From: Saonia sp.
Lineage (GTDB): Bacteria; Bacteroidota; Bacteroidia; Flavobacteriales; Flavobacteriaceae
DNA length: 64,000 nucleotides
Assembly: GCA_049670505.1 (NCBI GenBank)
Contig: JBATTK010000133.1
Span: 4,681-68,680, forward strand
Reading direction: 5' to 3'
The notes beneath the pieces are model-generated. The model was given only the letters and a program-made list of their open reading frames with translations. It did not search any database and had not been told where the DNA came from. This document shows positions 59,469 to 64,000 of this stretch, piece by piece. Both the position numbers and the translations under genes were made by a program. Each line of letters begins with the position of its first letter. Position 1 is the first letter of the stretch.

Positions 59469-60272
59469 ATGAATAAAAACACAGCAAAGTCTGTTGATTC
59501 CCACGGCAATGGGAAGAACAGCGAAACGACCGAACGTACCCACCGCAAAGGCAGTAAGTACGATGCAAATCTAAGAAAAAGAGGATTTATCCGTTTTCAA
59601 ATCGGATTACTATTGGCCATGATCCTTGTTTATGCGGCCCTTGAGGCCTCGTTTAAGGCATATGATACGGATGTTCCCGAAATCATGGAAATAGAGCCCA
59701 CACTCATTGAATATCACCCTGAGCTGAACAAATTCAAGGTGGAAAAAAAGAAACTAGTTGCCCCTAAGAAAATTGTTAATCCGTCAAAATTCATCATTGA
59801 CGAAGATGAGGGGAACGTTGACCCGGGGGAGGATGTCATCTTGGAAGTAGAACCGGAAGAGGGAACTATAGGTCTCGACGCTATTGCTTATGTGGATCCG
59901 GATGACGATGCGCCCCTTACCGTTCTAATCGATTTTCTAGATGAAATGCCCATATTCCCAGGTTGTGAAAATGTAGACCAGTCGCAGCGAAAGGCCTGCT
60001 TTCAGGAAAAATTACAGGAACACATCCTTAAAAATTTTGAATATCCGGAGGCGGCACAGACTTTACATATCCAAGGAAGGGTAAATGTTACCTTTAAAAT
60101 TGATACCGATGGCAGTGTCAATACCATTCAGATGAGGGGACCCCACAACATTCTGGAAAAAGAAGCCGCTCGGATTATCGGCAAGCTTCCAAAAATGACT
60201 CCCGGTAAACAGAAAGGAAGAGCTGTTAGAGTGCCTTATAGCATTCCCATATATTTTCAGTTGCGAAATTAA
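59469..60272 (+). CDS. energy transducer TonB (paralog 2)
   Basis: TM anchor, acidic linker, and a TonB C-terminal domain. The last 45 aa or so are nearly identical to paralog 1 (EKEAARIIGKLPKMTPGKQ.GRAVRVP). Confidence 0.85.
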   Translation: MNKNTAKSVDSHGNGKNSETTERTHRKGSKYDANLRKRGFIRFQIGLLLAMILVYAALEASFKAYDTDVPEIMEIEPTLIEYHPELNKFKVEKKKLVAPKKIVNPSKFIIDEDEGNVDPGEDVILEVEPEEGTIGLDAIAYVDPDDDAPLTVLIDFLDEMPIFPGCENVDQSQRKACFQEKLQEHILKNFEYPEAAQTLHIQGRVNVTFKIDTDGSVNTIQMRGPHNILEKEAARIIGKLPKMTPGKQKGRAVRVPYSIPIYFQLRN

Positions 60273-60411
60273 TGGCGATTGTGTAAAAACCTATACACCT
60301 AAGGAATAAGTACAAAGGACATCGGTAAGAAGCTATTTATCCTATGGATGAATGGAGGAGCGGAGTAGGGTAGCCAAAATAATCGGCACTACGCTACTTC
60401 GCTTTACTTTG

Positions 60412-61347
60412 CTACAGATCGGTTAAGCTTTTATAAAAAGTTTCCCGCATCACTTCGGGTTTAATATATCCATTGCCATGGGTAGCATCGTAAACTGAGG
60501 TAATACGATTATTTGCCTTTATTTCTTCCAAGGATTTGCCCGCATCGATTTCTACCAGAACCTTGGTCTTAATATCCTCTAACATCTTTACGTAGGTTTC
60601 CAGTTCCTTTTTATTGGAAGGCCGTCCATGTCCCGGAATAATTTTGGTTTCATTATCAATGATCATCAATACCTTTTTATGGGCGTCTATATAACCTTGG
60701 ACGCTTCCGCCGCTTTTTAAATCAATGTAGGGATATCTTCCGGAAAAATAAGTATCGCCCATATGAAGCACATTGTTTTTCATAAAATATATGATCGCAT
60801 CACCGTCCGTATGGGCATGGTGTACATGAAAGGCCATGATGGTTTCGTCCCCATCATAAAAAGTGATATCATCCGAGAATGTTACTTCAGGTAACATACG
60901 TCGGTAATGATCGAGAGATATTTTTTTTTCATCCAGATTTTGTTTTTGCCTAGTGCGTATTCTTTTACGCGCATTTTCATGGGCGACCAAGGTCGTTTTT
61001 TTAGTATTGAAATTTGCATTTCCGCCAGAGTGGTCCCCGTGCATATGGGTGTTGAACAGAAATGAAATGGGCTTATCGGTTATAGTACTTATGGCATTTT
61101 TAATTTTTTCACTTAGATGATCAAATTGGTCGTCGATCATAAATACATTATGCTGTCCTGTGTAAATACCTATGTTTCCACCACGTCCTGTCAACATATA
61201 AACATCGTTGGATAAAGTGTCGATCGCAATGGATACCTCCTTCTCCTGAGCCCTTAGGCGCATGGAGAAAAAAACGGACAGTACAAGGGGTATAAGGGTG
61301 TATTTTGCGGTCATAAAGGTCGGGTTTAGGATATAAGACGTAGTCAC
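60412..61347 (-). CDS. secreted MBL-fold metallo-hydrolase
   Basis: HMHGDHSGGN (HxHxDH) motif and a signal peptide. The real start may be ATG 61314 (MTAKYTLIPLVLSVFFSMRLRAQ). Confidence 0.8.
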   Translation of the reverse strand: MTTSYILNPTFMTAKYTLIPLVLSVFFSMRLRAQEKEVSIAIDTLSNDVYMLTGRGGNIGIYTGQHNVFMIDDQFDHLSEKIKNAISTITDKPISFLFNTHMHGDHSGGNANFNTKKTTLVAHENARKRIRTRQKQNLDEKKISLDHYRRMLPEVTFSDDITFYDGDETIMAFHVHHAHTDGDAIIYFMKNNVLHMGDTYFSGRYPYIDLKSGGSVQGYIDAHKKVLMIIDNETKIIPGHGRPSNKKELETYVKMLEDIKTKVLVEIDAGKSLEEIKANNRITSVYDATHGNGYIKPEVMRETFYKSLTDL

Positions 61348-61431
61348 TTTCCAAAAATAACATAAACATTGCTATTTCGTTGCAAAAAAAGCATTCGGGT
61401 CATATCTTTGCAAATCTATTATACGTTGTGC

Positions 61432-62331
61432 ATGAAGACTGCTATTAGTGCAGCAAAAAGTAGCTCTTGGGCTTTGATTTTTGCTGATTTTAAAGAGATT
61501 ACCAAGGCTCGACTAGCGGTAAGCGTTGTTTTTTCCTCCATTGCCGGATACTTTCTAGGTGCTTCCGAAATCAATATTTTGGCACTTCTTTTATTGGCCT
61601 TCGGAGGATATTGTATGGTAGGGGCCTCCAATATTTACAATCAGATTATCGAAAAGGACCTGGACGCGTTAATGAATCGCACCAAAAATAGGCCCATTCC
61701 TTCTGGCAGGATGTCGGTTAATACGGCTTTGGCAATAGCTTTGGCATTGACTTTTCTCGGGGTAGTTTCGTTATATGTCCTAAATCCCAAGACTGCTATG
61801 TTTGGGGCCATTTCCATTTTTTTATACACCAGCGTATATACCCCCTTAAAGACCAAAACACCCTTGGCCGTTTTTGTTGGTGCCTTTCCCGGTGCTATCC
61901 CTTTTATGTTGGGATGGGTGGCCGCTACCAACGATTTTGGTATTGAACCCGGAACCTTGTTCATGATCCAGTTTTTTTGGCAGTTTCCACACTTCTGGGC
62001 ATTGGGATGGATGTTGGATGATGATTATAAAAAGGGGGGCTTTAAAATGCTGCCTACCGGAAAAAAGGATAAAGGCACGGCACTCCAGATTATCATGTAT
62101 ACCATTTGGATGATGGTCATTTCCGTAATTCCCGTTTTTGGAATCACCGGTCAATTACAGTTATCCATTGTGGCGGCCATAATCATCTTTTTGATGGGAA
62201 TGGTAATGCTAATTTTTGCCTTTCGATTGTATAATAAACGAGATAATAGGTCCGCAAGAAGCCTCATGCTGGCAAGTGTAAGCTATATTACATTGATGCA
62301 AGTGGTTTATGTTGTGGATAAATTTATTTAA
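61432..62331 (+). CDS. cyoE: protohaem IX farnesyltransferase (haem o synthase)
   Basis: UbiA-family motifs (NQIIEKDLDALMNRTKNRP). ATG 61432 (MKTAISAAK) is preferred over the listed TTG 61369. Confidence 0.85.
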   Translation: MKTAISAAKSSSWALIFADFKEITKARLAVSVVFSSIAGYFLGASEINILALLLLAFGGYCMVGASNIYNQIIEKDLDALMNRTKNRPIPSGRMSVNTALAIALALTFLGVVSLYVLNPKTAMFGAISIFLYTSVYTPLKTKTPLAVFVGAFPGAIPFMLGWVAATNDFGIEPGTLFMIQFFWQFPHFWALGWMLDDDYKKGGFKMLPTGKKDKGTALQIIMYTIWMMVISVIPVFGITGQLQLSIVAAIIIFLMGMVMLIFAFRLYNKRDNRSARSLMLASVSYITLMQVVYVVDKFI

Positions 62332-62394
62332 AAAGAAGCGCTCTTAACGGATTTTAATTTTAAGCGTTTAATTTGAATTCTTACGAAGCTGATA

Positions 62395-62976
62395 ATGGAT
62401 TTGACACAGGGTACACAAAAAGAGAAGAACGATAGGGCCAAGAAAATGATGCTTTGGTTCGGTATTGTAAGCCTGTTGATGGGTTTTGCAGGATGGACCA
62501 GTGCCTATATCGTGAGCAGTTCACGGGAGGATTGGATCAAGGATCTGGAATTGCCCCCATCCTTTTTTATAAGCACGGTGGTCATCATACTAAGCAGTAT
62601 CACATACCATCTTGCTAAAAGGGCCATTAAAGTTGATCAGTATAAAACATGTACCACGTGGTTGTTGATTACCATGGGGTTGGGAATTGTATTTATCGTA
62701 CTGCAATTCAACGGATTTTCCCAAATGGTGGTCCAAGGATACTATTTTACAGGGCCAACCAGCAACATAAAGATGTCCTATGTGTTTTTAATTGCCATGG
62801 TGCATATAGTCCATGTAGTGGCAGGACTCGTTTCCCTATCGGTCGTATTGTTCAACCAATGGAGACATAAATATTCATCCAAGGAACTATTGGGTCTAGA
62901 ACTGGGAGCTACTTTTTGGCACTTTTTAGACCTGTTATGGGTGTATTTGATTGTATTTATGTATTTCGTTAAATAA
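62395..62976 (+). CDS. haem-copper oxidase subunit III family protein (short form)
   Basis: Five TM segments and the C-terminal pattern ..ATFWHFLDLLWVYL.. typical of subunit III. Confidence 0.8.
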   Translation: MDLTQGTQKEKNDRAKKMMLWFGIVSLLMGFAGWTSAYIVSSSREDWIKDLELPPSFFISTVVIILSSITYHLAKRAIKVDQYKTCTTWLLITMGLGIVFIVLQFNGFSQMVVQGYYFTGPTSNIKMSYVFLIAMVHIVHVVAGLVSLSVVLFNQWRHKYSSKELLGLELGATFWHFLDLLWVYLIVFMYFVK

Positions 62977-63073
62977 TAAATTGCAATTAAGTTGGTTTTG
63001 AATAGTATTTGACTTTTGTATGGAAGAAAAAAATGTAAATTTGTAAAAAATTTGTTAACGCTATAATTTTTAT

Positions 63074-64000
63074 ATGGATACAACGGCTACAACAGGTGCT
63101 GAAGAGAATGTATGGGGAGGTGGAAACCGACCTTTAGGAGCGAGTTACGGAAAACTAATGATGTGGTTTTTCCTAGTTTCGGATGCCTTGACTTTTTCTG
63201 GTTTTTTGGCCTCTTATGGATTTTCAAGATTTAAGTTTATCGAAACATGGCCGATTGCCGATGAGGTATTTACCCACGTTCCGTTCTTTCACGGCAATTA
63301 TCCGATGTATTATGTTGCCTTCATGACCTTTATTTTGATTCTTTCTTCCGTTACCATGGTATTGGCCGTGGACGCGGGCCATAGAATGAAGAAAAATGCC
63401 GTAATCTGGTATATGTTCGCTACCATAATCGGGGGTGCAATTTTCGTTGGTTCCCAGGCATGGGAATGGGCAACGTTTATAAAGGGGGATTACGGCGCTA
63501 TTGAAACCAAGGGAGGTAGAATTTTACAATTTGTAAAAGCGGATACCGGTGAGCGTGCGGCCTTAGCGGATTTTGCCAAGACCATCCCCGGGGAACGTAC
63601 CGCGCATGAAAGGAAAAATGGTATTTGGTATTATGATGAAGGTACATTGCCCTCCTATTCCGTTAAGGAAGTAGTGGAAGGCTTTAGGGCCGACCCGAAT
63701 ATTTTGATTCGGACCGAAACCATAAATGAAGAAGGCGAAAAAACACTGTTGAACAGGGAAGAATCCTTGAAGAAGTTAAACAATGCAATTGAGGTGGTGG
63801 AAGGGGCCAATCTTGTTCATAATGAGTATGGTAGCAGATTGTTCGCAGACTTTTTCTTCTTTATAACAGGGTTTCACGGGTTTCACGTATTCTCCGGAGT
63901 GTTGATCAACATTATCATCTTCTTTAATGTTATTCTGGGCACCTATGAAAGACGCGGACACTATGAGATGGTGGAAAAAGTAGGGCTGTACTGGCACTTT
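63074..64000 (+). CDS. cytochrome c oxidase subunit III (3' end outside the window)
   Basis: Open frame from ATG 63074 to the window edge. It is absent from the ORF track because no stop falls in the window. Subunit III motifs are present (..FFFITGFHGFHVFSG.., VGLYWHF). Carries a soluble insert of about 120 aa. Confidence 0.8.
   Translation, partial: MDTTATTGAEENVWGGGNRPLGASYGKLMMWFFLVSDALTFSGFLASYGFSRFKFIETWPIADEVFTHVPFFHGNYPMYYVAFMTFILILSSVTMVLAVDAGHRMKKNAVIWYMFATIIGGAIFVGSQAWEWATFIKGDYGAIETKGGRILQFVKADTGERAALADFAKTIPGERTAHERKNGIWYYDEGTLPSYSVKEVVEGFRADPNILIRTETINEEGEKTLLNREESLKKLNNAIEVVEGANLVHNEYGSRLFADFFFFITGFHGFHVFSGVLINIIIFFNVILGTYERRGHYEMVEKVGLYWHF

Overview
Chromosomal window from a Bacteroidota genome of flavobacterial type. 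Supporting this: the T9SS translocon SprA, an alternative complex III plus haem-copper oxidase operon, tandem TonB paralogs, and TAnnTTTG-type -7 boxes. Order of content: infB (5' end outside the window); a SPOR protein; actABCDEF-ctaCD (3.0-14.8 kb); a DUF2807-like protein; a reductive pyrimidine catabolism operon (16.1-26.6 kb: mmsA, class-III aminotransferase, NCS1 permease, dihydropyrimidinase, beta-ureidopropionase, preT, preA); an acyl-CoA dehydrogenase/oxidase on the minus strand; ruvB; a 10.8-kb accessory block (30.2-41.0 kb); a fourth regulator paralog; a collagen-like lipoprotein; queG; an SSS transporter; maeB; ruvA; sprA; gcvH; vanZ; two tonB genes; an MBL hydrolase; cyoE; and two cox-subunit-III genes (the last runs off the window). 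The most interesting observations are these. (1) A decayed second copy of the 3' half of ruvB at 41.0-41.5 kb, together with intact ruvB, brackets the accessory block. No integrase or transposase is present in the block. (2) There are four paralogous one-component regulators with the unusual architecture DUF4242-like domain + degenerate cyclase-homology domain + AraC HTH. Three are in tandem inside the block and one lies just outside it. (3) A conserved 27-nt composite inverted repeat sits in front of two operons inside the block. (4) The block carries a TsdA-like dihaem cytochrome / DsrE-like / TauE sulfur module. (5) A family of heptanucleotide-periodic (STRR-like) intergenic repeats occurs across the window. 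One flanks a four-helix-bundle (23S rRNA IVS family) ORF inside the pyrimidine operon. One abuts the ruvA start codon as (CATCTAA)x11. One is linked to a 152-bp tandem duplication of the preT 3' end. No tRNA, rRNA, CRISPR array or recognisable transposase was found.
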